Source: Pseudogymnoascus verrucosus
Taxonomy: Eukaryota
DNA length: 64,000 nt
Assembly (NCBI GenBank): GCA_001662655.1
Contig: KV460216.1
Reading direction: 5' to 3' (one strand)
This document shows positions 1-11,116 of this stretch, one piece after another. Within the stretch, counting starts at the first letter, position 1. Each line of letters opens with the position of its first letter. Made by a program: the position numbers and the translations under genes. A model generated the notes under the pieces. That model was not told where the DNA came from, did no database searches, and worked only from the letters and a program-made list of their open reading frames with translations.

Positions 1-5
1 CAACT

Positions 6-560
6 ATGTCTTCCTCTAAACATTTGAAAATCAAAGAACGTAAACTGCTCGCTAACTATATAACCTATAAAGGGGTTAAAATGCCTCCCTATTCCTACTA
101 TAAGAAACGAGGTCTCTACTACCTTGCTTCTGCTTCTTCTAAACGATGTAATGAATGTGTTTGTATAAATTCTTACAACTGTAACGTCTCTAGCCCCTCT
201 GCTAGTAACTAGCAGTCCCTATAAAAGGAAGAGGACTGTCTTTATCTTAAAACTTACATAACTTATAAAGCTATAGCAACTGCTATAGTGTGTCTTAACT
301 GCCTTAAGCAATAGTAGGATCTTCTTAAGACCTAAGGTGCTAAGATGCTTTATTGTGGCTTAAAGACCCTAAACAAGCTAGAGGAGGTAGAGGAACGTAA
401 ACGGCATAAGGCTAAAGCCTACGCTTACCTTACTAGCCCTTCTACTACTAACCCTAGGGGTGTTGCTTCTAAACACAACTACCTATTAGCCCTTTTCCCT
501 AGGTTCTTTAATTGCTAGGGTGTTAATAGTAGAACTCTACTAGCAACTCTAGGCAGCTAA
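6..560 (+). pseudogene. Antisense ORF of family A: Zn2Cys6-like cluster plus coiled coil, RIP-damaged (~184 codons)
   Basis: One frame runs from ATG 6 to TAA 560 with only TAA/TAG interruptions. YSYY-KKRGLY-Y-LASASSKR-CNEC-VCINSYN-C becomes C-x2-C-x6-C-x8-C-x2-C-x7-C if three TAY codons revert to TGY. It is followed by helical KMLYCGLKTLNKLEEVEERKR. Confidence 0.75.
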
Positions 561-3500
561 GGTTTCCCCTTAACTCCTATAAGTTGTCTATAGGTTCATA
601 ACCTTTCTATTTTATTAAAAACTCTTCTTAGTACCCTACTAACCTTCTGTCTAGGATTGCCTTAACCTTATATTTAATAACTTCATTCTTAGGTTAGAGT
701 TTAGTATCTGTTGTAATTAGGGCGTTCCCTCTTACTAGTTCTAATAATAAGATATAAAACACTAGGTAGAGTCTAGAGTTCTTAGGTAGCTATAGCTTAT
801 AATTAACTAAGCTGACTTTTTCTAATATCTTAAATGGTCCTAATTTCTTAAAGTCCAACTTTATACTTAGTTGTTTCGTTTTAATGTGTTTCTAGAGTAG
901 GTATACTTTATCCTCCTCCTTAAAGGTAGGTTCTATACTACACTTCCTATTTATGTATATAATAGATTGTTCATTTAAGAACTAGATGTCCGTTGCAAGT
1001 TGTTTTTAGAAGGAAAGTATCTTTAATACTTCTAACGTTCCTTCTTTAGAACGAAATTTATTTAGTCTTAGCGTTTTATACACCTCTAGTTGCTATCTAT
1101 TGTTAGTAAAGAATAGTAAGACTTTTGTTACCTCTAATAGTACTAAGTTATATGTAAATTCTACTAAATGTAGGTACTAAACCTAGTTGTCCTGTTTAGT
1201 GTTAACATAGCTTTGTAAATATACTTCTAACGTTTAGTTAGTTCGTTCTATCTATCTATCTATCTATAGATGAAAAGCTATAGATAGCTTATAGTTTGTT
1301 CTAAGCTGCGCTATAACTGTTTGCTAGAATTTAAATGTAAAGAGCTTGTCTTAATCTAAAATTATCTCGTCTAGTAGTCTATGTGCTATAACGATAACTT
1401 TTAGGAAGATATAAGCTAATGCCTTTACATCTAATGCTTCTATAAACAGCATAAAGTAGGCTTCCTTTATAAGTTAGTAGTTAGAGACTATAATAGAGTC
1501 TATAACAAATCCTATTATTAGTTCTATTAATAGTAGCAACTTAACAATGAAGTTAATTGCTATTAAGGACTATGCTTGTCCTAGTGTTAGTAGTGACTTT
1601 AAAAGTCCATATAGTACGTGTCTATTTGTTTTTAACTTCTAGCAAATGTTGTATCCTAACACTATTATTTCTACTTACTTCCTTAACCCTAGGAAGTAGT
1701 AGTGTTATACAATTCGTTTAAAGGTTTATGTTACTCCCTAATGACTATGTGCTAGCAACAAGTGTTGTTCTTACACTAGTAGGCATCTTATTTAACTTAG
1801 GACATACACTAATCCTTTAAATTAGATCAACCCTTGTTTATTAATAGAGAAGTTTCCTTTAACTTTGTTTAAGGTTTACTTTGCTATTTTGTCTATTGTA
1901 TAAGCGTTCTTAAGTCTCTGCTTAAGTTCTATATCTTCTATAATAGCAATTGTAGCTAGTAGTTTGTTATATTATATTCCTACGTCTGTTTTCTTTAATA
2001 TTGCTCTAGGTCTTTCTTCCTTTAGGCTGATGTAGTTAGTCCTTCTGCTAAGAGCATCTGCTCTTACATTCTTAGAGCCTTTATAATAGGTTATTGTGAA
2101 GTTGTAGGCTATAAGGGTTTCTGCCTAGCAGACTTGTCTATAGTTTAAAACCTTAGTTGTAGTAAAGTATATAAGGTTCTTATAATCTGTCTATACTTAC
2201 ATAGTATAGGTAGATCCCTTAAGATATACACGCTACTACTTAAAGGTAACGATAATAGCTAGTAGCTCCTTATTGTAGATGTTATAGTTGAGCTCTATAG
2301 GTGACAGTTTCCTAGAGTAGTACGTGATTAGTTTGAACTTACTGTTCTTGCCTAGCTGATTTAGACATGCTCTAATTGCAAAGTTAGAAGCGTCTGTCTT
2401 AAGGACGATCTTCTTTATAGGGTTAAATGTCGTAAGGATAGGTGCCTCTATAAACTTTGTCTTAAGTTCCTAGAAGGCAGCCTCTGCTTTGTCTATCCAT
2501 TTAAACACAAGATCCTTCCTAGTAAGCTCTATGAGTGGTTAAGCTACCTTAGAATATCCTATAATGAACTAACGGTAGAAGTTAGTAAAGCCTAAGAAGG
2601 CTTGTACTTCCTTAACTATAGTTAGTGTTAGCCATTCTAACACTACTGTAACCTTTGCTTAGTCCATCTTAATGCTATGCATTCTGATAATGTAGCCTAA
2701 GAATTCAACTTAGTTTTTATAGAACTTACATTTCTCTAGCTTTAATAGTAGGTTGTATTCCTTTAGCTTCTAGAGGACAAGCTTAATATGTCGAGCATGT
2801 TTGTCCCTATTTGCTAAGTATACTAGTATATCGTCTAAGTAAACGATAGTAAATATATCTAGATATTTATATAAAGCGTCATTCATTAAGCGTTGCATAG
2901 ATGTAGGGGCGTTAGTTAACCTAAAGGGCATAACTTAATATTTAAATAGGCTATAGTAGGTGTAGAATGCTGTTTTCTACTCCTTGCTATTAGCTATCTA
3001 GATTAGGTTGTATACGCTACGTAGATCTAGCTTAGTAAAGATCTTAGCTCCTTAGAATCTATTGTATAACTTATTAATTAACGGTAAGGCGTATTGATCC
3101 TTTATCGTTATGTTGTTTAATGCTTAATAGTCTATACATAGTCGTTTGCTTCCATCCTTCTTAGGAACCTATAACATTAGGCTTCCTATAGGAGATTTAG
3201 ACAGTCTAATAAATCCTTTCTTAAGGTTATCGTTAATATATTCTTTTAGTAGTTTTAACTCATCTGCTAACATCTAGTATATTAGTCTAAACAGTAGACT
3301 CTTTCCTTCTTCTAAGGGTATTACATGATCCTATAGTTAGTGCTTAGGAAGCGCCTCGTTCTTAGGGCCTTCCTAGAATAGCTGCTTGTATTCCTTATAC
3401 TCTACTAGTATATTTGTTAGTAAGGGTGCCTAGGCTAGGTCACTAGGCTCTATAGAGGTTGCATATACCTTGCGTTAGCCCTAGGAGGGTTTCTCCCGTT

Positions 3501-3975
3501 ATAGCATATCCGTTCGTTGTTTATACACACACTAGCTCATTACAACTTTCTCGTTCTACTAGTTGATCTAGGGGTTGTGTTTCTTAAGCTATAGCACACT
3601 AAGGATATATGTATAGTTGTCTATGTATACAATATTAAATTAGATCGTTTCCTTATGTCTACGTAGCATGACCATTTCTAATAGGGCCGTCTTGTAGGTT
3701 ACTATCCCTTTGTTAGTTAAGATGGGCTCTCTATCTACTACCATTAACGGGTAAGGATTGGTTTTTAATTACGTCTTAAAACCTTAAGTGTCTGCTACTT
3801 TCTTTGTTATAAAGTTGCCTGTTGCTCCTAAGTTAATTATAGCTTAGAGGTGTTGCTGTTATATCTTAGTAACTACATATAGTTGCGTGCTGCCTTCTAT
3901 AGCGCATAGCTACTTTATACTAGGCCTCTCTTTGTTACTTGCTAGTGGCCTACTGTTAAGGACTCCTAGTTTTTT
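480..3975 (-). pseudogene. pol: pol (PR-RT-RH-IN-chromodomain) of family A, many TAA/TAG stops
   Basis: Domain order is Gypsy-type. It begins at slippery A AAA AAC (3969-3975, minus strand) just before the gag TAG. The 3' end is approximate. Confidence 0.88.
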
Positions 3976-5030
3976 AACTTGTCTAAGGAGTAATAGTAAT
4001 GTTTATTATCCTCTATAGGCGGTCCTTAGGAAGATTGTCCTCCCTATCCTTCTGCTTTATCTAGTAGGTGTAGGTATTTCTTATATACCTATTGTAGTTT
4101 CTTTAACAGTAGTTCTCCTTTAGACTGACTTCGTCTAAGGGCATGAATTTAGTCTATATCTATAAAGTAGACCTAAGGTGCAATTTTCGGAAATAGTTGA
4201 TACTAGGTCTTTTTCCATAGGTAACTCTTATAGTTATTGTACTTGTAGTGTTCCTAGAATATATATAGGTGCTAGGGGTGATCAATCCTTAATGCATCTA
4301 ACTTTGTTAATTCCTGTTCCTCCTTTATCTTGCCTATAAGCTTGGATTTTTCTATAGTTATACGTAACCTTTCTACGTCTCTATTAGTAGGTTTGTAGTC
4401 TATAGCAGCTTAGTCTACTTGTAGTTCCTAGGGTTTAGGTCCCTAAGTGTTCTCCTACTGTTCGTCTTATGTGTTGTATTCTATAAGCTTATATTTTAAC
4501 CACATCGTGGCCTTACTTAAGGTGTGATTTACTCCCTTAGGTTCTTGTCTAAACGGGTACCTAGGGTAGCACCTTATTATACAGATTACAACTTCCTAGT
4601 CTTATTAGGTACCTTGCTAGCTAGTTAGGGGTAGTAGTATAGGAATTGCTCTTAGAGTTCCCTTTTAGAGCATAGCCTATCTATAGACGTCGACTACTCC
4701 TAGTAGATTCTCCTTAAATGCAATCTCCTTTACGTCTTCTTTAAACTCCTTTAGCTAGAGTTTCTAGGATTCCGTTAATCCCCTATTTAGGAGTTCGTTC
4801 TCCTTCTTAAGCAATGCATTAAACCCTACGGCCCCTAAGCTAGACATAATAGGCTGCGTGCAGACTACTATGCCAGCTATGTCTAGGAACTGTTTTAAGT
4901 GCGGAAAGCTAGGCCATTCCTAAGACAAATGCCTGCTTAACCCTACTGTTAAGGAGATTAACCGCAAAGCCCCTAAGGACGAAGAGTAGTAGGAGGAAGT
5001 AGTTGCCTACTAGTCGGATGCGTCCCTAGA

Positions 5031-8000
5031 GGAAAACGATGAGGCCTAGGGAAAGGCTCCTTCCTAGGTCTATGCAAATGTAATCTATAAGGACTAGATT
5101 TACAAGAGCTCTTAGGAGGCTCCTAATTTCTCGTTGATACAACCCTAAGTATAAACGGACTTAGGGTGCAAACGAAGTCACTTATAGACATAGGAGCAAA
5201 TGGCTACCTTGTCATTAATAAGCCTTTTGCATAACGGTTGTCGAAAGCGCTTTAGAGCCCTATATAGAAACTGCCCTACTCTATACCTATACGTAGATTT
5301 TAGCAAAATATCTAAAGCTACGTATTAGAGTATATTTGGTTACACTTAACAGTTAAAGGACACTGAATATATAACTGCCCCTTTGTGCTCCTAGATCTTA
5401 GAGCGCAAGATGTAATAATTAGGAAGAAGCTTTTTAGCTGCTTCTAAATCCTACTCGACTCTATAAAGAGCTAGCTAGTATGGCTAAAGGAGTACCCGCC
5501 TACTCCTAGCTAGAGCAAAGAGATCACCTTGCCCTACTACTTACGTGAACTGTCTATACGTTACCCTACCTATTAATCGGATGCAAACTGGCAGGACGAT
5601 GCTATTGACTATGACAATAGATAACGTAAGGGCGGACGCTTGATACTAATGAAAGTAATAACGGCCTATCGTAACGCTATTATAATCACCCTACTAAGCT
5701 TAGTACAAGACAAAGGAACAACCTACCTACACTACAAAACCCTAAGGACACGAGCCTCGCCTATAGAAACCTATAAAGACAGACCCTTAGGGCAAGTAGA
5801 GGCGAAACCTCTAAGAAACGGACTATCTACATATAAGAGAAAGAATTATAGGAGGAGCAGAGTCTTCTCTCTTTCCTAACGCTAGACCCTAGTATACAGC
5901 TTTACGCTAGTCTAAATTTACAAGATTAGCGCAAACGCTTTCTACTATAAGATGATGCAAAGCAACTCTAAGTTCTTTATAACAAGTATCTATAAGATTG
6001 ACTAGATCATCTAAGAGAGGGAAGCGGCTAAGGACAAGGAAACGCTCCGCCTCATTTAGGATAAGCTTCTACATATGCACTGTAACTATTCCGATGTCTT
6101 CTTAAAGTTAGAATCTAATTAGCTTCCCCTGCATTATATATACAATTATAAGATATAACTAGAAGCCCCTTTACTAAATGCCTTTTCGCTACTATACTAA
6201 CAAAGCACTAAAGAGCTTAAGGCAACTAAGCAATACCTATTAGAGAATTTAGAAAAGGGATTCATTACTAATAGCAATAGCCCCTTTGCATCCCTTATAC
6301 TGTTCGTAAAGAAAGCGGATAGCAAACTAAGATTCTATATCGACTACTAGAAGTTGAACAGACTGACCTATAACGACCCCTACCCTATCCTACGTATCGA
6401 CGAACTACTAGGACAGGTAGCAAAAGCAAAAATCTTTACAAAGCTAGACATTAGACAAGCCTTCTATTGTATACGAATAGACCCTGACTCTAAAGAGTAC
6501 ACGACCTTTTAGACTTAATATAGATCCTACAAATGTAAAGTGCTGCTGTTTAGCCTAACAAACGGCCCCGCAACCTATTAGAGGTATATAAACGACGTTC
6601 TTATGCAATACTTAGACAACTTCTATACTGCCTACCTAGACAACATCCTAATCTACTCCGAGGACCCTACAGAACACATAGACCATGTACATAAGGTCCT
6701 CTAATAGCTTTAAGAAGTAGGACTATAAGCTGACATTAAGAAATGCGAGTTTAACGTAACCTAGACAAAGTATTTAGGCTATATCCTAACTACTACTAGT
6801 GTTGAAGTAGACCCTAAGAAGATCGAACCCCTCTAGAATTAGATCTAACTAACAACGGTTATAGGCGTAAAGTCTTACCTTAGATTCTACAGCTTCTATC
6901 GCTAATTTATTAGAAATTTTAGGAAAATAGCTAAGCCTCTCACTACTATTACTAGCCCCTTAGAACCGTTCCTTTAGACTAATGAATGTAAGAACGCTTT
7001 TAAGGAAATGCGCTAACAGCTTTTAGCTATGTAGGCGCTCTACTACTTTAACCCCAAATTACCTACAAAGCTAGAAATAGACTCCTCTAACAGAGTTGTA
7101 GCTAGTGTTCTTTCTTAGGAACACCTAGATAAGCAATGGTATCCTATAAGCTTCTATAGTTACATCCTATCTAGGCACAAGATCAATTAGGAGATCTACG
7201 ATAAGGAACTGTTCGCCATTATAAAAGCGTTTGTAAAATGGAGGCTAGAATTAGCATTAGTAAGCCACTGAATTGACGTCTATATAGATCACTAATTGCT
7301 AGAATACTTTATGTTAACGAAGGTTCTTACAGCAAAGTAGGTTTAGTAGATAGAGCTACTCTCTAACTTTAACTTCTATATTACGTATACTGCTAGCAAG
7401 AACAATTAGAAGGCAGATATACTAAGCTGAAGAGAGCAAGACCTAATTACGTAATAGAAGGTTAAACTCAACAGCTATGCGAGGGTGCTGTTAGGCCTAG
7501 CCTAACTACACCCCTAAATTAGTGCTGAATTAGCACAAACGTACATAGCCTTAATTAATGCAATAGACGCCCTAAACACCTAGGTCTGCTTTAACCTAAT
7601 AGAAGCGCTCTACGTAGATAATAGGAGGTCGTTCACTAACACTTGCGCAAAAGACCCCCTACCTAATAGGTTTATAATGAAAGACCAACTCTTGTTATAT
7701 AAAGGTTGACTGTGCGTAAACTAGGACACTAAGTTATGTACGAAACTTATATAGGAAGCATACGATTAAGTATTAGTAGCCTACCCTAGTAGTAGGAAAA
7801 CTTATTAGTTACTAGCCCTAAAGTATCATTAGGTTAGAATAGAAGCGGATTACCTCTGATATGTGCGTAACTATGTAACGTGCCGACTTTCTCACACTAA
7901 CGTAACGAAGTAGTAAGGCTTCTTACACCCCCTACCGGTACCCAAATACCCTATGTAACACCTAACGATGGACTTTAAGGAATTCCTAAAGGATAAACAT

Positions 8001-9158
8001 AGATTCGACAGCATCCTTGTGTTTATAGACTAACTTAGTAAGGGTTTAGTGTCTATACTGTGTTATAAGACTACTAATGCCCGCTAAATGGCGCAGCTAT
8101 TCATCGAATGGATATATTGATTTAGACACACCCTAGAGTCGATCATTAGTAATCGCGGACCCTAATTCATATTAGCTTTCTAGCGAGAGTTCTACTAAAT
8201 CATAAGGGTTAAGATTAAGCTGTTAACAGCCTATTATAAGCAGACTGACGGGTAGACAGAAATCATAAATTGGTATATTGATTAGAGACTAAGGCCCTTC
8301 ATATCACATTACTAGGATAACTAGAGCGAGCTTATTCCCATTATAGATTAGGTACAAATGACCCTTCCCTATGCCTCGATTGGAATGACCCCCTACCGAC
8401 TTAAGTATAGGACTAATCTACGCACTAGTTAGGACTAGGAAACCCTAAAAGCCACGACCCCTAGGGAAGTTATGAACTAGAAGGAAGCTAAAGCAGTAGC
8501 AAACTACATGCACTCTATATAGACTTACGCAAAGGAGAACATAGCTAAAGCACAGGAGGATATGTCTAAATACGCAAATCAACGCTAACGAGCCATTAAC
8601 TAGAACGTAAGAGATAAGGTTTACCTATTAACTAGGAATCTAAGGAATCACTGCCCTAGCTATAAGTTAGGGTAATAATAGGTTGGACCTTATACAGTAC
8701 TAGAACAAATCAGACACGCCTTTCGATTAGACCTACTAAAGGGTTCCTAAATACACGATGTCTTCTCTCTAGACGTACTTATTAAGGCTCTAAATAACCC
8801 GCTACCTAGTTAAGCAGTACCTAAGCTAAGTAGCAAAGTTGTAGACAGCCTAGAGGAGTAGGAGGTTAAAAAGATCCTCGCTATAAGGATCTAGCAAAAA
8901 CAACTTTAATACTAGGTATCCTAGGTTAGATACGATCTAGACCTAGAATGGTACCCTACCTTAAACTTTAAGAACTCCCCCTATAAAATCTAGGAGTTCT
9001 ACGTAGAGTACCTAAACCTACTAGGACTGCTGTAGGACCTACCTAGCTAGATTATAGAATAGGAGATAGGCAAAACAAGCTACGATTATAAGAGGCACGG
9101 CAAAGCAGAGGAAAACAGCGTCGTTGCTACCTACGACACTAAACTAAACACCCTCTAA
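5031..9158 (+). pseudogene. pol: pol of B1, RIP-inactivated
   Basis: In the -1 frame relative to gag, starting from G GAA AAC; Gypsy domain order. Confidence 0.88.
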
Positions 9159-9312
9159 GCTAGGGCACCCTTAGAGCCGTAGCCCTTATAGAAGCCACCC
9201 TTCCTAAACGTCTTACTAGCATTGCAACAAGCAGCTACCACTATAAGAGACAAAGGGTTAAAGTGACCCTACGCAAAAGACTACGCCTAAGTTCCCTCTG
9301 ATATAGGGCCTA

Positions 9313-9886
9313 TCACCTAAGGTCGACGGTCACCCCCTCCTCCTCTACCTCCGCTACCTCCTCTGCCCCCCTCTTCCTCTTCTTCCCCCTACTACTGCCT
9401 ACCTTCGCCACTATAGCAAGGGCGTTGGGGATCCTCTCTACTAACTCCCCTACTGCATCCACCGCAGAAGCCACCCTATTAAGGGCAGCGATCTCCTTCT
9501 CCTAGTTTACTAGGATTAGGGCCAATTTCTAGCCTACGACGGCTACAGCCTAGCGGACCCACTACAGTTGTTAGCACAAGAACTAAAAACACAAGGGAAA
9601 TAGAAAACTTACCTCTAGACTGTCCTCAACAGTAGCGTAGAGGGCGCAACNNNNNNNNNNNNNNNNNNNNNNNNNNNNNNNNNNNNNNNNNNNNNNNNNN
9701 NNNNNNNNNNNNNNNNNNNNNNNNNNNNNNNNNNNNNNNNNNNNNNNNNNNNNNNNNNNNNNNNNNNNNNNNNNNNNNNNNNNNNNNNNNNNNNNNNNNN
9801 NNNNNNNNNNNNNNNNNNNNNNNNNNNNNNNNNNNNNNNNNNNNNNNNNNNNNNNNNNNNNNNNNNNNNNNNGGGGGAACTAGCAT
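9313..9886 (-). pseudogene. Spliced antisense gene of B1 (partly in the N-gap)
   Basis: ATG 9886 (MLVP). Intron 9562-9612 reads GTAAGT..GCTAAC..TAG. The last exon, 9313-9561, ends ..GKKRKRGAEEVAEVEEEGVTVDLR-TGA. Colinear with the B2 copy. Confidence 0.75.
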
Positions 9887-10135
9887 CTTTAAATTGGAAA
9901 TCTACGATTTCCCATTAGCCTAGCCTAGCCCAAGTTATCACTACTACGCCAGCGCAGTCCTAGCACCTACCAAATCGTTCGTTGTGTGTTTATATCTAAA
10001 AACAACCTATTAGTATCTAGCTATACTATTAGAGGGGCCACTTACTAGTCTTAGGAGGGGGGGGTCAGCGTTGTTATAAAGAAAACAACAAGTTGTAGGC
10101 GAAGCTCAAATTTATATTCTAGCTTACAACAAAGC

Positions 10136-10434
10136 TGTAAGGACACAGGGCACCGTATCACGAGGAGTTGCATATGGGAGTGCGAGTCGGATATAAGTCG
10201 GTGCAATCCTATAGGTCTACTACGAAGGATACAAAAAAGATGAAGGTGTAACCCTGTATGGCTGTTCCCTTAAAATACCCGAAACCCCTCTGACTCGACT
10301 AACCCCCTATTTACCTAAGGCTTCCTTACGCTGTGTGCCTGAGGCTCGCAGTCGCGATTGAACCGTAACCGCCCCGAGTCTCAGGGGTTGCACGTGACGA
10401 CCGTAACTAACCCGAGTAAGGAGGCATCCTTACA
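10136..10434 (-). mobile_element. Solo LTR of family B, inverted, 299 bp, TSD AAAGC
   Basis: Reverse complement of LTR 10818-11116, with TGTAAGGA..TCCTTACA ends. AAAGC occurs at 10131-10135 and 10435-10439. B2 has the empty site, a single AAAGC at 16948-16952. Confidence 0.95.
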
Positions 10435-10817
10435 AAAGCTGTCTAAATCGGGTTAGCGCCGAATTTCCCCTTTACATTAAAATTCTATAACGACACACAT
10501 ACTACGCAGACTCTATTCGATACTAATACAGACCCTCGCCTACTAATCGCTATATATACAACAAAGACGCAACCTTACGCAAACGGATTTAGACCACTTC
10601 TACTGCCTATACAGCTGCCTACCATTAGCCTTCTTAACAAACAAAGGGCATTCTAGTCTTTATGCCTACACCTTACCTAGCAACCTACACGAAGGCTTGT
10701 TACAGTCGCTCCTTAGTCTTAATTCCTCCTCTACACCACACAACCTATACAACAACTTATACATAGTATAGGCTTGCGTGCTTTAAGGACAAAGCACCTT
10801 CTAAAGGCAGGGGGTAG

Positions 10818-11116
10818 TGTAAGGATGCCTCCTTACTTAGGGTAGTTATAGCCGTTACATAGTGCTATCGAGACTTAGGGCCGTTATAGGTTAGTTGCAA
10901 CTAACAGCCTTAGGCACATAACGTAAGGAAGCCTTAGGCAAATAGGGAGCTAGCTAAGTTAGAGCAGCTTTAGGTATTTTAAGGGAACAGCTATATAGGG
11001 TTACACCTTCATCTTTTTTATATCCTTTATAGTAGACCTATAGGATTGCACTGACTTCTATCTAACTTGTACTCCTATATGCAACTTCTTATAATACAGT
11101 ACCCTATGTCCTTACA
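10818..11116 (+). repeat. LTR of family B (3' LTR of B1), 299 bp
   Basis: TGTAAGGA...TCCTTACA, preceded by the PPT at 10803-10817; direct repeat of 17275-17573. Confidence 0.95.

Larger units (their letters stand above)
1..4823 (-). mobile_element. Ty3/Gypsy chromovirus LTR retrotransposon, family A, RIP-degraded; 5' end missing, 3' LTR presumably outside the window
   Basis: Minus-strand translation through RIP stops shows protease AIINLGATGNFI (ancestral DSGA, ~3810-3845), RT YLDD (2830-2841), RNase H TDAS (~2385-2400), an integrase region (~900-1750) and chromodomain YKVKAILD..IK*KGYEPIDNL*E (~560-690). TpA is in strong excess. Confidence 0.93.
4824..11116 (+). mobile_element. Ty3/Gypsy chromovirus family B, copy B1 (5'-truncated in gag, ends in 3' LTR)
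   Basis: Gag knuckle CFKCGKLGHS*DKC (~4891-4932), protease LIDIGANG (~5181), RT YLDN (6633-6644), RNase H, integrase and chromodomain E*EVKKIL..EWYP (~8855-9000). PPT AAAGGCAGGGGGTAG precedes the LTR. An assembly gap lies at 9651-9871. Confidence 0.93.

Noticed and set aside
5640..5879. 79-aa ORF
   Set aside because: Stop-free stretch inside the RIP-damaged B1 pol region, not an independent gene.
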